DNA of 63,720 bases, filler included, from Thraustochytrium aureum (taxonomy: Eukaryota), in the NCBI GenBank assembly GCA_012862495.1. It is 3 parts of 2 records of this genome, joined end to end, with 100 filler letters (N's around TTAATTAATTAA, not from the genome) between each part and the next. Parts side by side here need not be neighbours in the genome. Positions count along the whole stretch, not along the records: positions 46,100 to 63,720 come from BLSG01000107.1; 2 more parts are not named here. One strand, given 5' to 3'. Shown one piece after another: positions 46,764-58,517 of this stretch. Below the pieces are notes generated by a model. It had not been told where the DNA came from and searched no databases. It saw only the letters and a program-made list of their open reading frames with translations. Position 1 is the first letter of the stretch, and each line of letters starts with the position of its first letter. Position numbers and translations under genes: made by a program.

Positions 46764-48552
46764 ATGACCCGTCGAAACGTGGTTGCTGCGGTGCTGGCCG
46801 TTTATCTTTGTTTGCTTGCGACGGTGCGCGCGCAGAGATGTGCCAACGGAGACGATTGCGCGGGTCACCCAAGTATGCTCAGGTGGGCGCTGCATCGCGT
46901 CTCCTTGCCTGGCGCCGGCAAGCTTTGCATGCCGGACGAGTTCTGCGACCTCTCCACAGCAGCATGTGTGCCCCGCGTCGCCATCGGCGAAGAGTGCCGC
47001 AATAACGACGNNNNNNNNNNNNNNNNNNNNNNNNNNNNNNNNNNNNNNNNNNNNNNNNNNNNNNNNNNNNNNNNNNNNNNNNNNNNNNNNNNNNNNNNNN
47101 NNNNNNNNNNNNNNNNNNNNNNNNNNNNNNNNNNNNNNNNNNNNNNNNNNNNNNNNNNNNNNNNNNNNNNNNNNNNNNNNNNNNNNNNNNNNNNNNNNNN
47201 NNNNNNNNNNNNNNNNNNNNNNNNNNNNNNNNNNNNNNNNNNNNNNNNNNNNNNNNNNNNNNNNNNNNNNNNNNNNNNNNNNNNNNNNNNNNNNNNNNNN
47301 NNNNNNNNNNNNNNNNNNNNNNNNNNNNNNNNNNNNNNNNNNNNNNNNNNNNNNNNNNNNNNNNNNNNNNNNNNNNNNNNNNNNNNNNNNNNNNNNNNNN
47401 NNNNNNNNNNNNNNNGCACCGACGTGCCTGACGGGCGGCGTGGCGTGCAGCTCGGGCTTCTACTGCTCAAAAGCTGCTAGGTGCGTTCCTCGACTCACCT
47501 TTGGCACAACATGTTCCGACGACGACGAGTGCGCCTCCGGCGCCTGTGTGCAAGTCAGCAGGCGGAAAAGGTCGTGCGGATGCTCTGAAGGAGAATGCCC
47601 TGTTGGCGAACGGTGCGTCAACGCGAAGTGCGCCCCTCTCAGTTGCTCTGCTGGCGACTTTCTTTGCGTAGTTGGCCAGTTCTGCGACTCTACGGCAGAC
47701 AAGTGCTTGCCCCAAAAGGCGTACAACAGCAACTGCGCGCAATCGATCGAGTGTGTGTCGGGGAAGTGCCGTCAAGACGGCAGACGCCAGCGCTGCGGCT
47801 GTGCCACCTCGGAGGAATGTCCCGGGCGCAATATTTGCAAGGACACGTTCTGTGTGGGACCAAACACGCCTACCAACGAGCCGACTGCCGAGCCGACAGC
47901 AGCCCCAACGATAAAAAGGTGCAGCGCAAACACCTTCTACCGTGACGGCTCGTGCATGAGGTGCGGCATTCTCGCTTTCAGACCGGTGACGGACAACCAG
48001 TTTGCTTGTTCCTGCGCGACGAATGATATTTCGCTCGAATTCGACGCAAGCAGCGGGGACTGCAAGTGCACGAGAGGAGAGTTCAGCACATCTCAGGCAA
48101 CAACTGATATTTCCCAAACACAAACGGGGTCTGGCGCTGGGGGACCGGTGAACTGGCAGAGCTTCACTCCGACGATGACCGGTTTTCTCGATTCGGTCAC
48201 GTTGCGGCTCGGGTGCGGTCTAAGATCCGGTGCGAACTTTTTGACTCTCCGCCTGCTTGAGGGCGAAGGGGTCTTCGGGAGAGTACTCGCATCATGGGCA
48301 CAGGTTGTCCAGTGCGGTTTGGGTGGAACTGGGCTCGTCGTCATCAGCATTCCCAACCAAGCAGGCATCCTTGCAGCAGGGTTCAAGTACACGTTTCAGT
48401 TTGGGTACGAATCCTTTGATGTGGGCTATACAAGCTTCACGGACGGCAATCCGTACCCGGGCGGGCGCAGTGACCACAGGAGCTGCAGCTTTGGCGCTTC
48501 TTGCGACTACTATTTCGTGACGAGAATGGTAAGAGTTACTTGCTCGCAGTGA
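46764..48552 (+). CDS. Secreted Cys-rich repeat protein with a PT linker and C-terminal beta-sandwich-like domain
   Basis: Signal peptide MTRRNVVAAVLAVYLCLLATVRA, repeated C..D.EC.SG.C units, PTNEPTAEPTAAPT linker, then QSFTP...PYPGG...DYYF; internal gap. Confidence 0.75.
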
Positions 48553-49883
48553 TCGCCATTCGGGCCTCCACGACGTAGCGAGGCGCTGCAAGTGGTTCTA
48601 CCGCTTGGAGGGGCTCAGCAGTTGCACGTGCGAGCACATTTACTTGCTTGTTCCTCGCAGCGCACCCTATTCGCCAATAATCAATCACACAAGGCAATTC
48701 CGCACGAACAGTTTCGCTTGTTGTCGATTCAATGAAAACCGCCCAGTTACTACTGCGTGACATCGCCAACTTGTGCACAAGTCAAAGAAGAAGGCCTGGA
48801 TAACCTTTCGGATCATACATGCAGACGTTGCATGTTCAGCTGAGGAGCATCCTTTGCACGATGCCGCTTTCACGGCTGCAAACCACTGCTGTCTTTGCGG
48901 GCTGGGCGCGCTGCGAGTTTTATCGGGCATCACGCCGTTTTGACGCAGCGAGCATGCGATGAATGGAACGAGGCCATGAACTCGCAGTGCAGCAGCGAAG
49001 GTCGAAAAACTGTTTGCTGACAATTCGACCCATCCAGGATACACGAAGCAGGAAAGCCGCGACGCTCTTGATGGCGTTTTGTCCGCGCCGACTGTCGCGC
49101 CGAGCCAGCGGGCCGGGCCCATGGTTGGGTGCTCGGCGAGTCTACGAAAAAGACACCGAGTGAACTCAACAAGGTCGTCCGTCAAACGACAACACGGCGG
49201 GCGTCGTGGCACTCTTGTCCAATTTTCATCGCTGCCTGCTCATTCTCGCCAGCCGTGGACCCTAGCAATAGCGCCGTGCGTGAAACTCATCGCTAACCCG
49301 CTTGCCGGCAGAGCGCGGCCATAAACTGTAGACTTCGCGGTGGAATGCATGGCCCGCGAGGACAGCACACCCGGCTCCCATGCAACAAGCGAGTCCTGGA
49401 AAGCCATCGGCAGCTCGGACGCGACGGCTCTGTCCCCAGCGCCGCCACGGACGTCGCAGCAAGCGAGTCACACAAGCGCAGCTGCAGCTCGGACGCGAAC
49501 ACGACCGCGGTTTGAGATCGGCCGACTCTGGCCTTAAAAACCACGGTCCTTCCTCCTTAAAATAATAGCGATGGTGTAATGCGTCGCAGACAAGCGCACG
49601 AATGAACAGGACCTCAACGAAGAGCTGCGCACGGGCGGCAGGCAGAGAGCTCCAACGCGCCCGAGACCAGACGGGCAGGCAGGCGCGAGGACTGCGCGGC
49701 GCTGCTGCTGCACCGGCTTTGCGGCGCTCGTCCGAGGCCCCGGTCGCGCAGAGGGTCGGATTTACGCAGACTCCACTGCCCTACCTCGAAGGCGGTGCGT
49801 CTGCGTGCGCAGACGCCGTGGCTCGAGACGAGCCGGGACGGAGCTTGTGGCTGGGCTGACGGGGAGCCTGCGAGGAAAGGGCT

Positions 49884-51916
49884 ATGGCGGGAGTCGAGGC
49901 GGCCGGACGCCGGCTTGAAGAGTGGAGCGAGCAGGACGTGATCGACCTGCTCATTGACAAGGACCTGGTCAGCCATGTCTCGCTCGGCCTCGTGAACGGC
50001 AGGCAACTCAGCGAGATGACGCGGAAAGACTGCGTGAACGCCGTCGACACGGCCGCCGCCGCCTCCGCTATGGACAGGGAGAAGATTGGCGCGAGGCTCT
50101 TTGCAACGATTCAAGAGGCCAAGAAGGGGCAGGTGAAACGCACTGACACGGCGTCCGCTGCCGTGTCGGCGCCCAAGGGAAAACCCGTCAATCCCGACGA
50201 CCCGTTCCAGTACCAGAGGCTTGAGGAGGTCCTTTTCGCAGACGAGCTCGGCGACGACCTCGAGAACGCCGTGGGCGACGAAAAAGTTGAACACGTCGAC
50301 CCAGACGACCACAAGTTCCCACCTTTGTTTGAGCGGCCCGGCCTCGTCTCGTCGGGGCTGATCCTGCTCGTGCTCGGCGGCAGCGCGCTTATCTGCACCG
50401 TGCTGAAAAAGGACGCGGCCCGCTTGGCGGGCTTTGACGACCCCGACGAGTTTGTGTCAAAGTACCTGCGGTATGCGAGCATTCCGATTCTCATGGTGCC
50501 GTTCACCTACGCGCACATCTGGGCCGCTCTCTGGATGACTTTTGTGAGTTTGCCTTGCTCTCGCGCCAGGCTTGTGTGCGTCGGGCGGCTCAGCCCCTTG
50601 GACCAGCCTTGCCAATGAGGCGGTTGTGTTTACTTGTTGGCTGACTGCGCCTCCCCTTTGCACTGGCGTCAACTCGCGCTCACAGTATCCGATCCATTTT
50701 GTTGGGTGCTGCCAGATCCCCGGCACGAACGTCGGGTTCCCGATTGGGTGGCAGGGCATCGTCCCCTTCAAGTGCGTCAAGATGGCCAAGATGGCCGTGC
50801 GAATGGTAAGTCTGGCGAGAGCGGGCCAACCCGACAACTGCCGCAGCTTGGTCGCTGACGACGCCAACCCCTTGCCAGCTCACCGAAAAGCTGCTGCGCG
50901 TCGAGGAGGTGTTTTCGCGAATCGACACGACCGCCTTCGCAAAGGAGCTGCAACCAGAAATCGCAAAGACGATGACCCACGTCGTCAACGACATCGCCGC
51001 CGAGGAAGCGCCGCGGCTCTGGAACCTGTTGCCGCGCCGCGCCAAGGAGCAGGTCTTCAAGGAAGCTGCAAAGGAGTCGCCGCAGGTCATCTCTGGCATG
51101 GTGCAGGAGCTTCAAGAGCGGATCGACGAGTGCTTTGACCTTGAGGGCCTCGTTGTCACCATGATGACGAGCGACCTGGAACTGTCCAACAACATGTTTA
51201 TTCAGTGCGCCGACCGCGAGCTCGCCTTCATCCGGAACTGCGGCGCAGGGCTCGGCTTTGTCTTCGGCTTGGCGCAGATGGCCGTCAGCATCGCGTTCCC
51301 CGACTCGAACGCTTGGCTGCTGCCCGTGGTGGGCACGCTGGCAGGGGCCATAACCAACTGGATTGCACTGCTTGCGATCTTCAACCCGGTCAACCCGATC
51401 CACCTGTGCGGAGGTCGCATTCGCCTGCAGGGCTTGTTCCTGACTCGCCAAGACAAGGTCTCTGCGCTGTACGGCCACATAGTACAGCGCAAGATCCTCA
51501 CGGCGGAAAACCTTAACCGGGCCCTGATGCAGGGTTCGCGCAGTGAGGTGACGCGCCAGGTCGCGAAGAAGCACATCCGCCGCGCCTACGACAAGTCCGT
51601 CGCGCCGCTCCTGTCCGGTCCACTCAGCCTCACCGTGCCCGAGTCGGGGCGCGCGGCCCTTGAGCGGATCGGCGACCGGCTCACCGAGGCGATGGCGGCG
51701 GACATGTACCGCGTCATGCGACGTGGGGAGGATTTTATGGACCGCTCGTTCGACCTGGAGAATACGCTTCGGACGAGGATGCGAGCCCTCCCGCCCAGCG
51801 ACTTTGAGCGCCTGTTGCACCCCATCTTTGAGGAGGACGAGTTCAAACTCGTCATTTGCGGCGGCGTGCTTGGCGCCGTCTTTGGAGTCATCCAGGCGAC
51901 CTTGATCGGGTTTTGA
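49884..51916 (+). CDS. DUF445-family membrane protein with SAM-like N-terminus; exons 49884-50543, 50686-50805, 50879-51916
   Basis: Splicing restores WMTF/YPIHFVG...GWQGIVP.K and M/LTEKLL; later TNWIAL..IF.P, QGLFL.RQ and FERLLHPIFEEDE. Confidence 0.88.
50544..50685 (+). other. Spliceosomal intron, phase 0, 142 nt
   Basis: GTGAGT donor, GCTGAC branch-like site at ~50640, CACAG acceptor. Confidence 0.85.
50806..50878 (+). other. Spliceosomal intron, phase 0, 73 nt
   Basis: GTAAGT donor, GCTGAC at ~50854, GCCAG acceptor. Confidence 0.88.
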
Positions 51917-52264
51917 CCGAGCCTAGTTTTCACTCGAGGGCCAGATGGGGGCTGGAAGAGGCTGGATCGAGGTTGCGCGCGCGCGCTCGGCGCAGGCTTG
52001 GAACTTAGTGCCTTTTCTGTGAGGCGGCGCGCGCTGATTAGAATTCGATGCGAAACAAGAAGAGGACAGCGCTTTGGGATTTTGATTGCTCCTTCTTAGA
52101 ATGCGCCGTGGCGAATCTCGCCGGCACGGCGGCTCGGCTCGCCCAGGGAAGCTGTGCATCGCAAGTTCGCGAGGGCCTGGCTCCGCGCGAGGCCCTGATG
52201 CGGACGCGAATCCACGGCAACTCGGGAACTATCATAAAACGTCAGATTTTCATCGAGTCCACAG

Positions 52265-52348
52265 CTCAAGCGCGTTTCGGCCGGTCTGCTTCTCAAGCGC
52301 ATTTTGGCCGGTCTGCTTCTCAAGTGCGTTTGGGCCGGTCTGCTTCTC
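52265..52348. repeat. 27-bp tandem repeat x3 overlapping the LPCAT stop
   Basis: Unit CTCAAGYGCRTTTNGGCCGGTCTGCTT. Confidence 0.9.
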
Positions 52349-53334
52349 TGGCGACCAGGTCGGGTCGAACGTACAGGAACAGCGACCAGCGCCCAAGCCG
52401 CTCATAGTGCTTGCGCAGCTCGCCGTGGTATGTCAGCTTGTCCTTGTAGGTCTGGTCTGAGAGGTCTAGGGCTAGCCTGTCAGCCATCTTGCGCCGCACG
52501 TTGCCCGCGTAGACTGCTGCGTCCTCCTTCTCAATCTCGCTCGGCTCGTACACATCCAGGTACTCGACCCGCATGCTGTGGCTCCACTGGCCCAAAAGCC
52601 GCCAGATGTGGGCCAGTGTTGAAATGCTCTCGTACGCGCACGAAAATCCTCCATCTGCAAACGGAAACTCGACCAACACGGGCAGCACTGGTGCGCCCGC
52701 CAAAAACGCGCCGCGGCGGAACGGAAGCAGGCAAGAACCGTTCGAAGTGGTCCCCTCCGGAAACACAAGGATAGGCTGCGTTAGCTCGTCCGCCGCCCGC
52801 GCCTCGTCAGCGCCCTGCTCGAGCAATGCGACGCGCTGCACGAGGGCCTCGGAGGCGCCGCCCTTGCTCTTTTCTGCGTCGCGAGAGACGACCAGCCCGC
52901 CGAGCTTGAGGGCAATGTCCCCCACAAAGGGGACCTTTAACGCACGTCTCTTTCATCAGGAAGGCAGGGCAGAGGTCGCTTGACATAAAGTACAGGATCT
53001 CCAGGTACGACACGTGATTCGCCACAATGATTGGGGGCTGCTTTTGCACGAGCGTGGCGCGGTCTGGCTTGTTCTTCTCCTCGATCCACCAAAACCCGCA
53101 CAGCACGAGCCCGGCGCGCGCAGCCCACCGCGTCACGCGCACGATGCTCGTTTTGCTTGCCCCGAGGCGAATCATTACCGAGAGCACCACCGCAAGCCCT
53201 GCCATGACAACAACCGCCAGCAAGGCCCTGACCGGCACGAGCGTCACAAGTGCGAGCGCCATCTTGGCCCGCGTCACCACATCGGGATTTCCGTCCCTGC
53301 GCGCAAACGCCGCCTCGCGCTTCTCCTGCGTCAT
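52320..53334 (-). CDS. Lysophospholipid acyltransferase (LPCAT/LPEAT, PlsC family)
   Basis: IIVANHVSYLE (HxxxxE), LVFPEGTTSNG..LLPFRRGAF and an N-terminal TM helix; slip at ~52936. Confidence 0.9.
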
Positions 53335-54371
53335 CCCGGCCGGTCGCAAGGCCGTACCGGGCGCTCGCGTTAGCTCCAGCACAGCGAGTTCCCGCGAGTC
53401 CACGCAGCCCAGCGCGCCAAGGGTCGCGCAGGCGATCACGACCGATCTGCAATCCGCCGAGAACGCGTTGCAGCCTACATACCGGCATCGGACGCAGAGC
53501 GCGCTGCACGCACTGGCATCGGACGCAGGGCGTGGGCGACCTCAACAATGGCATCGTCGATGTCGCGCATGCGTGCCGCCTCCGTGGCGCATCGAGCCGT
53601 CCCAGATGGCGCAGCGCCTTTCGTTCAACATCTCTAAAGCGTTTTACTTAGCGAAGTGACACGAGCACGTGGGAAGAGCTTCGCGTTTGGCTTGCAGCCG
53701 CCATGGGTCCGGCCTGCGTCCTCTCCAGCGTGCCGCCTCCGTTGTGCGCATCGAGGCGCCACAATGCGGGGGCTGCCCGGCAGGCGTAGGTACCAATTCA
53801 AGTTTGTCGAGCGTCTGGAGGTTGCGCCAGCGTAGTATCCGCCAACTACAAGAGNNNNNNNNNNNNNNNNNNNNNNNNNNNNNNNNNNNNNNNNNNNNNN
53901 NNNNNNNNNNNNNNNNNNNNNNNNNNNNNNNNNNNNNNNNNNNNNNNNNNNNNNNNNNNNNNNNNNNNNNNNNNNNNNNNNNNNNNNNNNNNNNNNNNNN
54001 NNNNNNNNNNNNNNNNNNNNNNNNNNNNNNNNNNNNNNNNNNNNNNNNNNNNNNNNNNNNNNNNNNNNNNNNNNNNNNNNNNNNNNNNNNNNNNNNNNNN
54101 NNNNNNNNNNNNNNNNNNNNNNNNNNNNNNNNNGGACTTGAGCGCGCCGAGGTGGCTTCGCCGTGCGTTGTTGCTTGAGGTCGGCCTGTATTGGATGGCT
54201 TGGGTTTCTTGGCGCCCGCCTGCGTCTCGTGAGCTGCTTTCGAGGCCATCTGGGATCAGCTGTTCGTTACAACGACGAGGTTGGCCGAGGTCGTCGTCGT
54301 GGACTGCATGCGTTACGGAGGAGCGGCAGCGCAGTAATTTGGTCGTTTTGGACCTGGCTGTGGCGAGTTGC

Positions 54372-56092
54372 ATGCGGCGCGGAAAAGGCAGGCAATATCG
54401 AGGCGCTGCCGCGCGACGTGGACCCGCGGCCGGGCACCGCTTTCCACGCAAGGACTGCTGGCCCGCGTTGGCAGCCTGCGCTGCAGGCCGACTCGGCGCT
54501 CTGGCAGCGGCGCTTGTGGCCCGACATGGACGCGAGCGACCGCGAGGAGAGGAACGCAGCGGCAGGCACGTGGGTCGCAGGATGCAAGTGCAAGCTTGGC
54601 GGGTACGCGCCGCAAGCGCCGATGATGCCACGACCTGCGAAAAGCTTCACAAGACCGGACGCCGCGAAGCGGGCCTTGGTCGAGAGCGCAAAGCCAGGCG
54701 AGCAAGCGGGCTCGGGGGTGGCACAGGGGCCGTCCGCTCCAGGGCTATTCCACGGGCGCGTGGGCGGGTTTACACAAACGTTTCTAGGCGGCATGGCCCG
54801 CGACTCGCGTCTCGACGCTGCTACTCGGGAAAAGGAGCTGAAGGAGACCGAGGATATTCGCAAGCGCGGCATCATGCTCGCGCGCATGGAGCGGCTCGAG
54901 GACTTTCACTCGCGCATGATTCACGAGATCGGCAACCTCAAGGCGAAGGAAGAACGCGCCAAAGCGCGGCGTCAGCGCAAGCTCAAGTGGCTGCAGATCC
55001 AACAAGAGCAGGAGGTGCACAGTAAGACAGTGCGGATCCAGGCCTTTTGCGGGGCGCGCAGACGCGCAAGTTGTATCGGCACAAGCTCTCGCGCGACAGC
55101 GAAAAGACCTTTTACCTGACCAGCGGCGTGCCCAAAGACCTCACGAAGCGGAGTGATTCATTCCGGCTCATCTACGACAGCTGCGCAGAGCAAATCCAAT
55201 CCTGCGCGCGACGTTACATGGCCATGCGCAGGTACAGGGCGATCCGGGCCAAGGTGATCGTTTTGCAAGCGTTTTTCAGGGCCAACTTGAGACGACTCAA
55301 GGAAGTGCGATTCCAGCGCGCGCTCGACAGGCTGCAGGCTGCCTGCCGCGGGTACCTCGTCCGGCAGACCCTCAACGCAGACGACGAGGACGAGGACGAG
55401 GACGAGCTGGACACTGCGGGCGACGACGACGACATCGACGCAGGGCGAGGCGCGAGTTCGCGGCCAAGAGGGGCAAAAGGCTCGAGGACCTTTCGCGGCG
55501 CTCATGATGGAGCGGCGCGCGTCGACAAGAGCCTGGCGGCGGCGGCGGCGGCTGGCTCAAGGCCGGGCGAGAAGCGTGTGCACAGCAAAGATGGCAAAGG
55601 CATATCGAGCCTAGGGCGCGGCAAATACTCGAGCGGCAAGTCCGACGGAGCTTCGTCAAGGGAATCGGGGTCAAAGCGCAAGCAACGCCGCGGCAGAGCG
55701 CGCCTGTCCAACCCCAACCTGGAGCGAGCGCGCGAGGCCAAGAAAGCGCGCAAGAAGGCGGCGATGAGTCTGCAGAAGACCTACCGCGGGTTTCGCTCGC
55801 GCAAGTCGAGCGAGAGCCAGGTTGCCCGCGTGCATGATGGCCGCACGAGAACACGGTTCGGCCCAGGCTCTCCGTGCCAAGCGTGGCCTGCGAATCTGCG
55901 GAGGAGCACAAGGCCGCTGCCTCGATACAGAAGCGGTTCAGAAAACACCGCGAGGCGAGCAAACAAGACAGCGCGAGCAAGTCTATCCAGCAGCGGTACC
56001 GGGAACATCGCAAGCGCAAGTCTTCGTCTGCAACTAGCTCGACAGGCCGCGGCGAGGAGGACGGCGAGTACGAGGACGACTTTGAAGAGTAG
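54372..56092 (+). CDS. IQ-motif (calmodulin-binding) coiled-coil protein; start uncertain (54372 or 54526)
   Basis: Repeated IQ motifs IQAF, IQSCARRY, LQAFFRAN, LQAACRGY, LQKTYRGF, IQKRFRKH and IQQRYREH, spread over three frames joined by slips. Confidence 0.7.
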
Positions 56093-56222
56093 AGTGGTGA
56101 CGGGGCGCGTGAAGGAAGGGCAACAACTGACGGACCGTGTGGCGCGTAGAGTACTCAAATGACTTGCTCCTTGAAAGCGTGTTCGAGCCCCAGGCGCGCA
56201 ATGCCACAGGCAGCTGCCATCA

Positions 56223-58517
56223 CTAGCTGCAGCCGCCCGCCTTGTGCTCCTTGGCCGTTTTGGTGATAAACTTGCGCGAGATGCATTCGTGCAGCTTGTC
56301 TAGGACGCGGTCGATCTCGTCCGCAGATACGCGAGCAAGGTCGCCAAGGATCTTGAGCAGGTCTGCGTTGCTGAGCTGGATCTGGTAAAAGTCCTGGATC
56401 TTTTCCTTGATCTGGGTCCGCGACAACGAGTCAAACTTGCCGTTCTCCGTAAACTCGTCCCAGATCATGTCGTTCGAGAGTAGCTTCATCTCGCGAAAGA
56501 CCTTCTCGCGCATAAAGACCTTGCCAGCCAGGCGCCGCACGCTGAGCAGGTAGTGCTTGTCGATCGCGTCGAGCATGTTGGAGAGCTTCTCGGCGTACTG
56601 CGGGTCGATGTCCGAGCGGTAGTAGGTCGAGACGCAGTGCACCTTATTCTTGCCCTTGTCGGTGATCTCGTCCAGGACCTCGCGCGCCGCATTTCCGACG
56701 GCCTGCAGCGTCTCGACGTCGCGGATCACGATGCCGCTCATGTCCACGAAAAGCGTGTTCGAGTCCTTGTTCATGTGAAACCGGTTGGCAAACTTGCTGT
56801 CGTCCTGGAAAAAGTCGTCCTTGATGTCCATTTTGCCCGGTGCGAAGATGCGGGGGTCCATGACGCGCAGCGTGTCGCGCTTGACGATCGGCGCAAACTC
56901 CATGTGCGCCAAGACGTCCTTGTCCACGTCGAGGCCCGGAGCGACCTCGATGAGCTCGAGGCCCTCGGGCGTGAGCTGGAACACGGCGCGCTCGGTGATG
57001 TAGACCACGTTTTGGGCGTGGGTCCGCGCCAGGGCGCCGTTGAAGGTGACTTGCTTGACCTTGTTCTTGAACATGGAGATGGAGCCCTCCTGGTCGATCT
57101 TGAGCACGGGAGTGCCGTCCGTGGGCGACTTGTCCACGCTGACGCGAAGCCCTTTCTTGGTGAACGTGCCCATGAAGCAGACGCGGTGCGTGGACTGGCT
57201 GATGTCGATAAAGCCGCCGGGGCCCGTGATCGAGTCTTTGCTGAGCTTGGAGACGTTGATGTTGCCCTCGGCGTCGACCTCGGCAGCGCCCAGGAAGCAC
57301 ACGTTGAGCCCGCCGCCGTTGTAAAAGTCAAACTGCTGGTTGATGTCGAGCATTGCGTGTGCGTTGACGGCAGGGCCAAAGTCCATGCCGCTGGCCCCGA
57401 TGCCGCCGATGAGCCCGGCCTCCGTCGTGAGCGTGATGTTGTCCAGCATGCCTTCCTCGGCAGAGACGTTGGCGACGCCTTCTGGCATGCCGATCCCGAG
57501 GTTGACGATGTCATCTGGCTGAAGCTCCATCGCGGCGCGACGCGCGATGATCTTGCGGATGGTGAGCGGCATGGGCGCGATCTTGTCGAGGTTCTCGCGG
57601 ATTTCGCCCGACCATGCCGGGTTGTACCGCGTGTAAAAGCTCATGGAGCAGTCTTCTGGCTCGGCCAGCACGACGCAGTCCACGAGCGGGCCGGGCACTT
57701 TGATGTCGCGCATCCGGAGCGAGCCCTTGGCGGCGATGCGTTCCACCTGGGCAATGACGATCCCGCCCGAGGCGCGCGCCGAGGTAGCGATGACGTTGAT
57801 GTCGGGCGAGACGCTCTCGCGCTCGATGGTCAGGTTGCCGTCCGGGTCGGCTGTGGTGGCGCGGATTATTGCGACGTTGATGGGGACCGGCTTGTAGCGC
57901 AGGAACTCTTGGTTGTCGATGTTGACGAGCTCCACGAGGTCCTCCTCCGTCACTTGGTTGACTCGGCCGCCGCCGTGCCGTGGGTCGACAAAAGTGCCGA
58001 GCCCGACCTTGGTGAAGTGCCCGGGGCTGCCGGCCGCCTTGGCGCGGACCATGCGCGAGATGGACCCCATCGGAAGGCTGTACGCTTGGATCTTGTTGGC
58101 GAAGATGAGCGGCTGGATGTCGGGACTTTGCCCGTAGTGGCTCGCGATCACGCGCTTGAGCATGCCCTCCTTGCCAAAGTGGTTGGTGCCGCGCTTGCCC
58201 ATCGGATCGCCGGCCCCGTAGAAGACGAGCGTTAGGTCTCGCGGGTGCTGGGTTTCGTCAAACCGCTTGCCGACGCTGCGCAGCACCGTCTCAGCCAGGC
58301 CCTGGGTTACGAACCCGGACAGGCAGACCGTATCGTGGTCGTGGATCAGCGAGACGGCGTCTTCCACGTCCACGACCTTGTCGCGGTACATCTCCGCCGC
58401 CTTGGACCCGCTCGCCCTAGCGAGCCAGGGCCTCGTCGCCGTCATGGCTGACGCGCCGCGTGCGGCGCGCGTTCTCGCCGCATTCCAGCTCCTCCGCACC
58501 GCCACGACAGCGGCCAT
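56223..58517 (-). CDS. Family I fused CoA-transferase (YdiF/propionate CoA-transferase type) with likely mitochondrial presequence and C-terminal extension
   Basis: TKVGLGTFVDPR, RATTADPDGN, IIARRAAMEL, VNLGIGMPEG, catalytic TTEAG, QFDFYNGGG, GPGGFIDISQ and YITERAVF; intact 764-aa ORF. Confidence 0.92.
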   Translation of the reverse strand: MAAVVAVRRSWNAARTRAARGASAMTATRPWLARASGSKAAEMYRDKVVDVEDAVSLIHDHDTVCLSGFVTQGLAETVLRSVGKRFDETQHPRDLTLVFYGAGDPMGKRGTNHFGKEGMLKRVIASHYGQSPDIQPLIFANKIQAYSLPMGSISRMVRAKAAGSPGHFTKVGLGTFVDPRHGGGRVNQVTEEDLVELVNIDNQEFLRYKPVPINVAIIRATTADPDGNLTIERESVSPDINVIATSARASGGIVIAQVERIAAKGSLRMRDIKVPGPLVDCVVLAEPEDCSMSFYTRYNPAWSGEIRENLDKIAPMPLTIRKIIARRAAMELQPDDIVNLGIGMPEGVANVSAEEGMLDNITLTTEAGLIGGIGASGMDFGPAVNAHAMLDINQQFDFYNGGGLNVCFLGAAEVDAEGNINVSKLSKDSITGPGGFIDISQSTHRVCFMGTFTKKGLRVSVDKSPTDGTPVLKIDQEGSISMFKNKVKQVTFNGALARTHAQNVVYITERAVFQLTPEGLELIEVAPGLDVDKDVLAHMEFAPIVKRDTLRVMDPRIFAPGKMDIKDDFFQDDSKFANRFHMNKDSNTLFVDMSGIVIRDVETLQAVGNAAREVLDEITDKGKNKVHCVSTYYRSDIDPQYAEKLSNMLDAIDKHYLLSVRRLAGKVFMREKVFREMKLLSNDMIWDEFTENGKFDSLSRTQIKEKIQDFYQIQLSNADLLKILGDLARVSADEIDRVLDKLHECISRKFITKTAKEHKAGGCS

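Noticed and set aside
48553..49880. Transposon or viral remnant in a long intergenic region
   Set aside because: No transposase/RT motifs, terminal repeats or convincing ORFs were found.
56553..58235. Long antisense ORFs (also 9181-10341, 12352-14397, 40219-41844, 27227-29569)
   Set aside because: These are shadow ORFs caused by high GC3 codon bias on the coding strand and by N-gap read-through.
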